The notes under the pieces: model-generated
Seen by the model: the letters and a program-made list of their open reading frames with translations, nothing else
What the model was told of the DNA's origin: nothing
The model's database searches: none
Source: Dehalococcoidia bacterium
Lineage (GTDB): Bacteria > Chloroflexota > Dehalococcoidia > Lucifugimonadales > UBA3495
Assembly (NCBI GenBank): GCA_030740155.1
Contig: JASLXV010000048.1
Coordinates: 1-30,067 of the forward strand
Direction of reading: 5' to 3'
Length of the DNA stretch: 30,067 nt
Position numbers and translations under genes: made by a program
Part shown: piece after piece, positions 1 to 7,771 of the stretch
How the letters are laid out: each line of letters opens with the position of its first letter
How positions within the stretch are numbered: the first letter of the stretch is position 1

Positions 1-34
1 ACGATGGGTTGTGCTTCCTTCGTCCTTGTGTCAC
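1..34 (-). CDS. IS3-family transposase OrfA, N-terminal 11 codons (partial)
   Basis: GTG ACA CAA GGA CGA AGG AAG CAC AAC CCA TCG after AGGAGG; not in the ORF track because the window edge truncates it. Confidence 0.75.
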   Translation of the reverse strand, partial: MTQGRRKHNPS

Positions 35-118
35 GTCCTGCTCCTCCTATACTGGTGATCCAATTCTAGGAGCAGGACTCTCGCTTAGCTACCTGTCCGA
101 ATTTCCGGGTCCACCTCA
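1..118 (-). mobile_element. IS3-family insertion sequence, left end (IRL plus start of orfA); the rest lies outside the window
   Basis: The minus strand starts TGAGGTGGACCCGGAAATTCGGACAG (5'-TG terminus, IS3-like IR). An AGGAGG RBS and GTG start at 34 follow, giving MTQGRRKHNPS, which matches the typical IS3 OrfA N-terminus (RRKHsxxFKaxv). Confidence 0.8.
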
Positions 119-311
119 GCTCGACGCCGTGTACATCGACATGCCGACGAAGCAGGTAGTCGGGTTGAAGCCCAAAGCCGCCTTCTTACCGTTGTTCAAC
201 TTGGGCGAACCCGTCAAAGCCGGAGAGTTCGTCCTTGCCACGGATTTAACTGCTGCCGGGCTTGACTCTAGTGGAACTCCCCGTCCAGAAGCTAATTGTA
301 TAGGGATTTAA
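119..311 (+). pseudogene. C-terminal remnant of a probable large serine recombinase (DsiB-like), interrupted by the IS
   Basis: LDAVYIDMPTKQVVGLKPKAAFLPLFNL resembles the mLDAVYvD...ivaikPKpaFxPlF C-terminus I recall from Dehalococcoidia island recombinases. It begins exactly at the IS boundary. Confidence 0.55.
274..291 (-). other. Putative att-site fragment resembling the tmRNA (ssrA) 3' tRNA-like domain
   Basis: The minus strand reads CTTCTGGACGGGGAGTTC (tmRNA-like GAC plus the 5' side of the T-arm up to TTC) at the 3' end of the recombinase remnant. Confidence 0.35.
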
Positions 312-367
312 CACTTGCCAGGCAAACGGAGAACTAAAGGTGTTTGCAAATAGTGAACACCCGACCC

Positions 368-745
368 TGCCTGGTCAACGGCGCGGGGCTGGCGATGGCG
401 ACCCTTGACGCCGCGCGAAACGCCGGGGCGATGCCGGCCAACTTTCTGGACGTGGGCGGCGGTGCCAGCGCCGAGCAGGTGGCCAGCGCAGTGGGGATCA
501 TTCTGTCTGACCCAAAGGTGAAGAAGGTTCTGGTCAATACCTTCGGCGGCATTCTCCGGTGTGACCTTGCCGCCGAGGGTATTGTCCAGGCCTATCGGCA
601 GAGGGAGGCCACCTTGCCGCTGGTGGTCAGGATGCTGGGCACCAACGTTGATGAGGGCAAGGCTGTCCTTCGTGAATCGGGCTTGCCGGTCGTTTTCGCC
701 GAAACTCTGGCCGAGGCGGCCCAAGCCATTTGCCGGGTGGAGTGA
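368..745 (+). pseudogene. sucC: Succinyl-CoA ligase beta subunit, 5'-truncated (C-terminal ligase domain only)
   Basis: [14 protein letters not shown]...[11 protein letters not shown]...[10 protein letters not shown]...VVRMLGTN are present. Homology starts abruptly at 368 and the ATP-grasp domain is missing. It lies directly upstream of sucD. Confidence 0.85.
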
Positions 746-800
746 ATGCATCTCCAGCCGGCGGGCAGGCTGCGAAACACCCTGAGGAACGGGCGGTGAT

Positions 801-1694
801 ATGGGAATTCTGGTAGATGAGAATACCCGGGTCCTGGTACAGGGTATGACCGGCCGGGAGGGGAGTTTCCACACCCGAGGCTGTATCGCTTACGGCACCA
901 ACGTGGTGGCGGGGGTCACTCCGGGCAAGGGCGGCCAACTCTTCGACGACAAAGTCCCGGTTTTCGACTCGGTGGAACAGGCGGTGCGCGAGACCGAGGC
1001 CAACCTGTCCCTGATCTTCGTCCCGCCGGCCTTCGCCGCCGATGCCATCGTAGAATCGGCGGATTCCGGCGTGCCTTTGATCGTATGCATCACTGAGGGC
1101 ATCCCGGAGCTGGACATGGTGCGGGTCGCCCGTTACCTGGAGAGCAAGCCGGTACGGCTCATCGGCGCCAACTGCCCCGGGCTGATAACTCCGGCGGCCC
1201 GGTGCAAAGTGGGGATAATGCCCGGAAACATCCACCTGCCTGGGCGTACGGGCGTGGTCTCTCGGAGCGGCACCCTCACCTACGAAGCGGTGGCCCAGTT
1301 GACCGAATACGGTATCGGCCAGTCTAGCTGCGTCGGTATCGGCGGCGACCGGATAATCGGCACCAGTTTCATGGATGTGCTTCGCCTTTTCAACGACGAC
1401 CCGGAGACGGACAGTGTGGTCCTGATCGGCGAGATCGGGGGCACCATGGAGCAACGGGCGGCGGCCTACATCAAAGAGGAGTTCACCAAGCCGGTCTGTG
1501 CTCTGGTGGTGGGTGCGGGAGTGCCTCCCGGCAAGCGAATGGGGCATGCCGGCGCCATCATCACGGGGGCGAGCGGCCTCGCCGAGACCAAGATGGAGGC
1601 ATTGAGGGCAGCCGGCGCCAACATTATTCCCAATCCCCAAGACATTGGCGCCTGCGCTCTGCAGGCACTCCGGGATGCCGGGCTTTCCCCTTAA
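801..1694 (+). CDS. sucD: Succinyl-CoA ligase alpha subunit
   Basis: [38 protein letters not shown] and GKRMGHAGA (phospho-His). Confidence 0.97.
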   Translation: MGILVDENTRVLVQGMTGREGSFHTRGCIAYGTNVVAGVTPGKGGQLFDDKVPVFDSVEQAVRETEANLSLIFVPPAFAADAIVESADSGVPLIVCITEGIPELDMVRVARYLESKPVRLIGANCPGLITPAARCKVGIMPGNIHLPGRTGVVSRSGTLTYEAVAQLTEYGIGQSSCVGIGGDRIIGTSFMDVLRLFNDDPETDSVVLIGEIGGTMEQRAAAYIKEEFTKPVCALVVGAGVPPGKRMGHAGAIITGASGLAETKMEALRAAGANIIPNPQDIGACALQALRDAGLSP

Positions 1695-1722
1695 TACTCA
1701 GTCCAACTGGTTCTTACATGAC

Positions 1723-1755
1723 GTCATTCCCAGGTGCGGAGCGACGACGAATCTC
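1723..1755 (+). repeat. REP-like element (GTCATTC...GAATCT type)
   Basis: GTCATTCCCAGGTGCGGAGCGACGACGAATCTC, a degenerate copy of a GTCATTCYGAG...GCGACGAAGAATCT-type intergenic repeat. Confidence 0.55.
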
Positions 1756-1880
1756 AGCGTTGCAATGAAATTTGTCGCAGAGTTTACGCTGACTCGGGCC
1801 GAAGGGACCTGAACGGAAAATTTCAGCACTAGGTTGACCGCGTACCGGACTGGAGTCTCGTAAGTGGCCCGGTACCCGGA

Positions 1881-1948
1881 CCGTGATCCCGGCGAAGGCC
1901 GGGATCCGGCCGGCGCTTCTCTGGGTTCCGGCCCCGATGCAATCGGGG
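1881..1948. repeat. REP-like palindrome pair
   Basis: Perfect hairpin GATCCCGGC-GAAG-GCCGGGATC (1885-1906) and CCCCGAT-GCA-ATCGGGG (1932-1948). Confidence 0.6.
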
Positions 1949-2131
1949 ACGATCTCGGGAAGGACTCTCACCCAGATTCGCCGGCATAATGCCGTTTGCA
2001 ATACAGTGCACCAGGCGCCTGACCGGGCGCCTCTCGAATAGCTCGACGGTGCGTTGGCGAAGGGCCAGGACCCGGGTTCTCCGGGGCCAGGTGGATCGGT
2101 TCCAGGCCTTCGCACCGGTTTTCAAATCTGG

Positions 2132-2157
2132 AAGCGGCCGGGCGGCGGGCCGCTTTT
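2132..2157 (+). terminator. Probable intrinsic terminator
   Basis: AAGCGGCC-N8-GGCCGCTT stem running into TTTT, just upstream of the gatB promoter. Confidence 0.5.
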
Positions 2158-2159
2158 CG

Positions 2160-2188
2160 TTGTTACCATCGGGGCTGCCTGGTATACT
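2160..2188 (+). promoter_or_regulatory. Sigma70-type promoter for gatB
   Basis: TTGTTA-N17-TATACT with an extended -10 TG. Confidence 0.55.
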
Positions 2189-2250
2189 GAAGTGCGCGAA
2201 TTGACTTCGCCTTTGGTGTGCGATAGGCCCCGCCAACCCGGCCAGGAAGC

Positions 2251-3891
2251 ATGGAATACGAAACGGTTATCGGCTTGGAAGTCCACGTCCAGCTCCAGAC
2301 CCAGAGCAAGATGTTCTGCGCCTGCCGGGCCGACTACCAGACCGCTCCGGTAAACAGCCGGGTGTGCCCGGTGTGCCTGGGCCTGCCCGGTACCCTGCCG
2401 GTCATCAATAGCAAGGCCGTGGAGTACACCATAATGACCGGCCTGGCCCTCGGTTGCCGCATTCCGGAGGGCTCCAAGTTCGACCGGAAAAACTACCCCT
2501 ACCCGGATTTGATGAAGGGCTATCAGATATCCCAGTATGACCTGCCATTGGCCGTGGAAGGTCACCTTGAGATCGAGGTGGAAGACCAGTTGCGGCATAT
2601 CGCTATCGAGCGGGTCCACTTGGAGGAGGACGTCGCCAAGCTCCAGCACTTTCCGTCCGCCACGGGGGATTCCTATAGCCTGGTGGATGTCAACCGCTCG
2701 GGCGTGCCCCTGATGGAGGTGGTCAGCTGCCCGGACCTGCGGTCTCCCGAGGAGGCCCGCAGCTATTTGATGGCGCTGCACTCCATCCTTCAATACCTGG
2801 AGGTCTCGACGGCCAACATGCAGGACGGAAGCTTCCGGTGCGACGCCAACATCAGCATCCGTCCCGTTGGGGCGACCGAATACAGCACCCGGACCGAAGT
2901 GAAGAATATGAACAGCTTTCGCTCGGTGTACCTGGCGCTGCAATATGAGGCGGAACGTCAACGCCGGGTGGTTGAAGAAGGCGGACGGGTAACCCAGGAA
3001 ACCCGGGGCTGGATCGAGGAGCGAAACGTTACAGTCTCTCAGAGAAGCAAGGAGTACGCCCACGACTACCGCTACTTCCCCGAGCCAGACCTGCCCCCGC
3101 TGGCCGTCGATGAGGCGTGGGTCGAGGAGATCCGGGCCCGGTTGCCGGAGCTTGCCAGGCAGCGCCGGGCGCGCTTGGTTGAGCGTTTCGGGATTCCCGA
3201 GTACGATGCGAGGCTGCTCACCGGCTCCAAGGCCACGGCCGATTACTTCGAGGCGGCGTTGGGGCAAAAGCAGCTCTCGAGGGCGGCCCTGGAGAAATTT
3301 GCCAAATCCGTCAGTAACTGGATTCTGGGAGACCTGAGGCGGCTGATAAACCTGAAGAATAAGGGACTTGCCAAAGCCGTCAGCAACTTGGATAGGGACA
3401 GCCGGGATGTAGCGAGCCTGCTGACCAACCTGGAGAACATCGACATCACCGGCGTTAAGGTGACCTCGAAACACCTGGCAGACCTCGTTGGCTTGGTCGA
3501 TGCCGGGTCGATCAGCGTCACCATGGCCAAGACCGTGCTGGAGGAAGCCTTCACCACCGGTGACGCCCCGGCCCAAATTGTCGAGGCAAAAGGCTACACC
3601 CAGATAAACGATTCTTCGGCGGTACAGACGGCAGTGGCCGATGCTATAGCGGCCAACCCCAAAGCGGTGACCGACTACCTGGGTGGCAAGGATACCGCGA
3701 CCCGCTTCCTGGTGGGCCAGGTGATGAAAATCACCCGAGGCCAGGCCAACCCGGAGCTGGTCAACCAACTGGTCCGGAAAGGACTGGAAGCGCTCAAGAC
3801 CGACACTTCTCCATCGCCGGGAGACGCGGGGGAAACCCTCTCTGCTACCTCTTCCCAGAGCGAGGAGAACCTAGAGTTTACACCGAGGTAA
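2251..3891 (+). CDS. gatB: Asp/Glu-tRNA amidotransferase subunit B
   Basis: VIGLEVHVQL, CPVCLGLPGTLP, FDRKNYPYPDL, HLEED, RCDANIS, EVKNMNS, DYRYFPEPDLPP and a YqeY-like tail (FLVGQVMK). Confidence 0.98.
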   Translation: MEYETVIGLEVHVQLQTQSKMFCACRADYQTAPVNSRVCPVCLGLPGTLPVINSKAVEYTIMTGLALGCRIPEGSKFDRKNYPYPDLMKGYQISQYDLPLAVEGHLEIEVEDQLRHIAIERVHLEEDVAKLQHFPSATGDSYSLVDVNRSGVPLMEVVSCPDLRSPEEARSYLMALHSILQYLEVSTANMQDGSFRCDANISIRPVGATEYSTRTEVKNMNSFRSVYLALQYEAERQRRVVEEGGRVTQETRGWIEERNVTVSQRSKEYAHDYRYFPEPDLPPLAVDEAWVEEIRARLPELARQRRARLVERFGIPEYDARLLTGSKATADYFEAALGQKQLSRAALEKFAKSVSNWILGDLRRLINLKNKGLAKAVSNLDRDSRDVASLLTNLENIDITGVKVTSKHLADLVGLVDAGSISVTMAKTVLEEAFTTGDAPAQIVEAKGYTQINDSSAVQTAVADAIAANPKAVTDYLGGKDTATRFLVGQVMKITRGQANPELVNQLVRKGLEALKTDTSPSPGDAGETLSATSSQSEENLEFTPR

Positions 3892-3896
3892 TCCCC

Positions 3897-4112
3897 TTGG
3901 ATTCATACCTGAACGTCGCCCAAATTCTAATCTCCTTTTGCATCGTGCTGGTTATCCTGGCCCAGGTGAAAGAAGGTGGCGGTGGACTCTTCGGGTCTGC
4001 CCAGTCCTCCGGCCGCACGCGGCGCGGGCTGGAGAAGACCCTGTTCCAGTTCACGATCATCCTGACGGGCCTCTTCCTGGTCATTTCCATCGTCAGCGTG
4101 CGGTTGGCCTAG
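3897..4112 (+). CDS. secG: Preprotein translocase subunit SecG
   Basis: 71 aa with two hydrophobic segments around Q-x-K-EGGGGLFG...RTRRGLEKTL. Confidence 0.9.
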   Translation: MDSYLNVAQILISFCIVLVILAQVKEGGGGLFGSAQSSGRTRRGLEKTLFQFTIILTGLFLVISIVSVRLA

Positions 4113-4164
4113 GGCGGCTCGCCGCTCTGGTCCAAGCCTGGGGAATGCCGTTCCCAGGCGCGCG

Positions 4165-5055
4165 TTGCCCGATGCCGTGACGTGCCGAGATGAGCATATA
4201 ACCCCCCGTGAACAACCGGGAACCGGCCGCCCGATAGTCCTGACCACCGACTTCGGCCTTGCCGACGCCTACGCCGGGGTGATGAGAGGCGTGGTCCTGG
4301 GAATCAACCCTGGGGCAACGGTGATCGACCTTACCCATCTGATTCAACCTCAGAACGTCCGCCAGGCCGCCTTTGTCCTCGGCGCCAACTATCGCTTCTT
4401 TCCCGACGGGTCCATACACGTGGCCGTCGTGGATCCGGGCGTGGGCACGAAACGGCGGGCTTTACTGCTGGTCACCCCACTCGCCAGCTTTGTCGCCCCG
4501 GACAACGGCATCCTCAGCTACGTCGTCGGCGATTACCTGGACGAGGTCCCGGCGGGAGGAGGAACGGCGGCCCTGCCTTCTTCATTGGCCGCCTACAGTC
4601 TGGAAAACCCCCAGTACTGGCTCCAACCGGTGAGCAGGACCTTCCACGGGCGGGATGTTTTCGCCCCCGCAGCGGCGCACCTCACCCTGGGAGTGGCGCC
4701 CGAGGATTTTGGCCCGCCGGTGAATGAGATGGTGTGGCTGGCCGCTTCCCAGCCGGAGACCCGGGACACCGGGATACATGGTGAAGTGGTTTATGCCGAC
4801 CACTTTGGCAACCTGGTGACTAACATACCGGCCGGGGCGCTGGAGCATGCGGGCGGCATCCAGGTGGAAATCAAGGGCCGCCGGATTGCCGGCCTGGCCG
4901 GTACCTTCGGCGAGGGTGATCCAGAGGCGGACGGCGGCCTCATCGCCCTGGTGGGTAGCCACGGCTACCTGGAGGTGGCGGTGCGAAACGGCAGTGCCGC
5001 GCTCACCTTGGGCGCCGGCGTAGGCGAGCCGGTTCGGGTCACGGCGGCGGGGTGA
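4165..5055 (+). CDS. SAM hydroxide adenosyltransferase (DUF62 SAM hydrolase family); start uncertain
   Basis: LTTDFG, VVDPGVGTKRR, PDNG, SRTFHGRDVFAP, DHFGNLVTNI and GYLEVAVRNGSA. Confidence 0.9.
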   Translation: MPDAVTCRDEHITPREQPGTGRPIVLTTDFGLADAYAGVMRGVVLGINPGATVIDLTHLIQPQNVRQAAFVLGANYRFFPDGSIHVAVVDPGVGTKRRALLLVTPLASFVAPDNGILSYVVGDYLDEVPAGGGTAALPSSLAAYSLENPQYWLQPVSRTFHGRDVFAPAAAHLTLGVAPEDFGPPVNEMVWLAASQPETRDTGIHGEVVYADHFGNLVTNIPAGALEHAGGIQVEIKGRRIAGLAGTFGEGDPEADGGLIALVGSHGYLEVAVRNGSAALTLGAGVGEPVRVTAAG

Positions 5056-5146
5056 GGGGCCGGGCCTTCCTATTTCACTTCGGCACATGCTAGTATTGGG
5101 CTATTCGGCTACCCCGGCAGCTACGGGCTAGATTAGGGGGAATACC

Positions 5147-6154
5147 TTGGAGATGGACCGCGACACGTTGCTAGGCTTGTACAAGACCATGGTGACCATC
5201 CGCAGGTTTGAAGAGCGGGGGATTCCCGAGACCGGGCAACGGGGAATGTCGGCTTCGGTCCACTCGTCGGCGGGTCAGGAAGCGGTGCCCACCGGGGTCT
5301 GTGCCCACCTCAGCAACGAGGACTATATCGGCAGCACCCACCGGGGCCACGGCCACTGCATCGCCAAAGGGGTGGACCCCAAGCGGATGATGGCCGAGCT
5401 GTTCGGCCGGAGCACCGGGCCCAACAAGGGCAAAGGCGGCTCCATGCACATCTCCGATATGAGCAAGGGGATGCTGGGAACCAATGGTATTGTGGCGGCC
5501 AGCGTGCCCTTGGCGGTCGGAGCGGGGCTCACGTCCAAGGTCAAGAAGCTGGGCCGGGTGGCGGTGGCCTTCTTCGGGGACGGCGCGGCCAACCAGGGGG
5601 TGGTGCACGAGTCGATGAACCTGGCCGCCGTGTGGAAACTGCCAGTGATCTTCTGCTGCGAGAACAACGGGTATGCCATGTCCACCCCGGCCGAGTACAG
5701 CCTGTCGGTGCCTCACGTGGCCGACCGGGCCGCCAGTTACGGCATGCCAGGGGTCATCGTGGACGGGATGGATGTCTTTGCCGTCTACGATGCGGCCGGA
5801 GAGGCGGTGGCTCGGGCCAGGGCGGGGGAAGGCCCCTCATTGCTGGAATGCATGACCTACCGTTTTTACGGTCACACGGTTTTCGATAGCCCGCTCAACT
5901 ACCGAACCAAAGAGGAGGAGGACCACTGGCGGGCCAGGGACCCGATCAAACAGTTCCGTGATACGGTGCTTCCCCAGGGGGATGTTACCGCCGAGGAACT
6001 GGACCAGATCGACCAGGAAGCCGGGGACCTCATGGACGAAGCCATCAAGTATGCAGACGACAGCCCGTTGCCCGAAGCCTCCGAGCTTTACGACGACGTA
6101 TACGTCAGCTACCCCATGGCAGAGCTGAAACGCGGCGTCAACATGGAGATCTGA
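5147..6154 (+). CDS. ThDP-dependent dehydrogenase E1 alpha (acetoin/pyruvate dehydrogenase-like)
   Basis: STHRGHGH, GKGGSMH, GDGAANQG...ENN ThDP motif and TYRFYGH. Confidence 0.93.
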   Translation: MEMDRDTLLGLYKTMVTIRRFEERGIPETGQRGMSASVHSSAGQEAVPTGVCAHLSNEDYIGSTHRGHGHCIAKGVDPKRMMAELFGRSTGPNKGKGGSMHISDMSKGMLGTNGIVAASVPLAVGAGLTSKVKKLGRVAVAFFGDGAANQGVVHESMNLAAVWKLPVIFCCENNGYAMSTPAEYSLSVPHVADRAASYGMPGVIVDGMDVFAVYDAAGEAVARARAGEGPSLLECMTYRFYGHTVFDSPLNYRTKEEEDHWRARDPIKQFRDTVLPQGDVTAEELDQIDQEAGDLMDEAIKYADDSPLPEASELYDDVYVSYPMAELKRGVNMEI

Positions 6155-6289
6155 GGCTCAGTCAGCCGCAGAGACCCCGAGGCCAGGCCCTCGGCCCGGC
6201 CCGGTTTTCTCGAGCACCGGGATGGGAACGCCGGCGGGTAGCCCACGCGCTTCCCCTCGTATTACCCCTCATATTACAAGGAGATAAGG

Positions 6290-7333
6290 ATGGCCACCAC
6301 TTTCGCCAACATGATTACCGACTCTACCCGGGAGATCCTGTATCGCGATGCCGTCAACGAGGCCCTGCGGCAGGAGATGGCGCGGGATGAGACGATAGTC
6401 ATCATGGGCGAGGAGATCTCCGGCGCGGCGGGCCGGGACCAATTCGTGGGCGCCTGGGGCGGACCATTCCGCACGACAGGCGGTTTGTATAAAGAGTTCG
6501 GCAAAGAGAGGGTGCTGGATACTCCTATCTCGGAGGCCGCCTTTATGGGGGCCGCCGTCGGCGCCGCTTCCACCGGGCTGCGGACCATCGCGGAGTTGAT
6601 GTTCGTGGACTTCGTCGGCGTGTGCTTGGACCAGCTAACCAACAACGCCGCCAAGATGCGCTATATGTTCGGCGGCCAGGTAAGGGTCCCGCTTACCGTG
6701 ATGACCCGTATCGGCGCCGGCTTCGGCAGCGCCGCCCAGCACTCCGAGTCCTACTACTCCATCCTCAGCCACATACCGGGCCTGAAAGGAGTGGCGCCCT
6801 CGGACGCATACACCGCCAAGGGGTTGCTGACCGCCGCCATCCGGGACGATGACCCGGTTATCTACTTCGAGCACAAGGGCCTCTACGGCAACATGGGCCT
6901 GGTGCCCGAGGAGCCGTACGTGCTGCCCCTGGGCAAAGCCCGCACGGTGCGTAAGGGCAGCGATGTCACCCTGGTGGGCATCTCCCGCATGACCTTGGTG
7001 TGCGTAGAGGCGGCTGGCGAGCTGGCTGCTTCGGGGATCGACGCCGAGGTGATTGACCTGCTCAGCGTTTCGCCCATCGACTACGACCACGTCATCGACT
7101 CGGTGCGGCGCACCCATCGGCTGGTGGTGGTGGACGAAGACACGCCCATCTGCAGCATCGCGTCAGACATCTGCGCCCGGGTGGCGGAAGAGGCCTTCGA
7201 CTACCTGGACGCCCCTCCCTCCCGGGTGACCGCGCCCCATACCCCGGTACCCTACAGCCGGACCCTGGAGAACATCTACATCCCCAATGAGGCCCGGGTC
7301 ATCAATACAGTGCGGAACCTGCTGGCCCGTTAG
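6290..7333 (+). CDS. ThDP-dependent dehydrogenase E1 beta (AcoB/PdhB-like)
   Basis: DTPISEAAFMG, ELMFVDF, AAKMRYMFGG, AAQHS and DPVIYFEHK; AGGAG RBS. Confidence 0.93.
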   Translation: MATTFANMITDSTREILYRDAVNEALRQEMARDETIVIMGEEISGAAGRDQFVGAWGGPFRTTGGLYKEFGKERVLDTPISEAAFMGAAVGAASTGLRTIAELMFVDFVGVCLDQLTNNAAKMRYMFGGQVRVPLTVMTRIGAGFGSAAQHSESYYSILSHIPGLKGVAPSDAYTAKGLLTAAIRDDDPVIYFEHKGLYGNMGLVPEEPYVLPLGKARTVRKGSDVTLVGISRMTLVCVEAAGELAASGIDAEVIDLLSVSPIDYDHVIDSVRRTHRLVVVDEDTPICSIASDICARVAEEAFDYLDAPPSRVTAPHTPVPYSRTLENIYIPNEARVINTVRNLLAR

Positions 7334-7430
7334 GTACGCGGTCGGGACCGGATTGACGAGGGTCATCACCCTGATGGTGGCGCTCACCGGTGGCCTTGCT
7401 ACTCCCCGCGAGATTGAAATCAAGCCGTAA

Positions 7431-7460
7431 CGCCCCACCGAAGATGGGGCGGTTCAGTTT
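7431..7460 (+). terminator. Possible terminator hairpin
   Basis: CGCCCCA-N7-TGGGGCG followed by a weak tail GTTCAGTTT. Confidence 0.35.
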
Positions 7461-7677
7461 GCCACCTTTCGTTGTCTCCGTTACTCTCGGTGGCGGCCCG
7501 GATACTAGAACACGTGTGACAGAATTCCCGGTGCGCCGGTCACGATGATCTTAGCAATCCTCAGTCACTGCCAGAAGCGGCCTATCGGAACGCCCTCCGG
7601 GATGGGCGGGCGGGGACGCGAAGATCAGCTAAGGAACGAAGCACTTGGGACGGGAAATGGAGCAAGTTACCATGACC

Positions 7678-7707
7678 TTGACCTGTCCCGGAACTAAGGT
7701 ATAGAGT
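7678..7707 (+). promoter_or_regulatory. Possible sigma70 promoter for the molybdoenzyme operon
   Basis: TTGACC-N18-TAGAGT, about 65 nt upstream of the ATG at 7772. Confidence 0.4.
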
Positions 7708-7771
7708 GAGCAGCCAAGACAGTGGAGCCAATTATCGGCTTGGATTTGGCCTCGGAGCATAGTGAGGCGAT

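Noticed and set aside
9..311. 100-aa ORF as a real single gene
   Set aside because: The first 110 nt are the antisense IS3 end; only the part from 119 resembles a protein.
344..367. TTG start giving a 133-aa SucC
   Set aside because: There is no good RBS, and MQIVNTRP comes from junction DNA rather than sucC.
2040..2120. SRP RNA or tRNA
   Set aside because: It lacks the SRP helix-8 motif (CAGG..GNAA..AGCAG) and any cloverleaf or T-loop.
2122..3768. Long antisense ORFs (548 aa here; also 627-1640, 13447-14325, 16321-17094, 23809-24837, 26896-27837)
   Set aside because: These are shadow frames of well-supported genes in GC-rich DNA, with no recognisable motifs.
4165..5055. SAM-dependent chlorinase/fluorinase
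   Set aside because: It retains the Asp-Arg-His hydrolase triad (VVDPGVG..RR, TFHGRD) typical of non-halogenating DUF62 enzymes.
7507..7520. LexA box-like AGAAC-ACGT-GTGAC
   Set aside because: The right half deviates from GTTC and the neighbours are not SOS genes.
7334..7771. Moco riboswitch or RNA gene upstream of the Mo enzyme
   Set aside because: No consensus is recognisable by eye; an Rfam scan would settle it.
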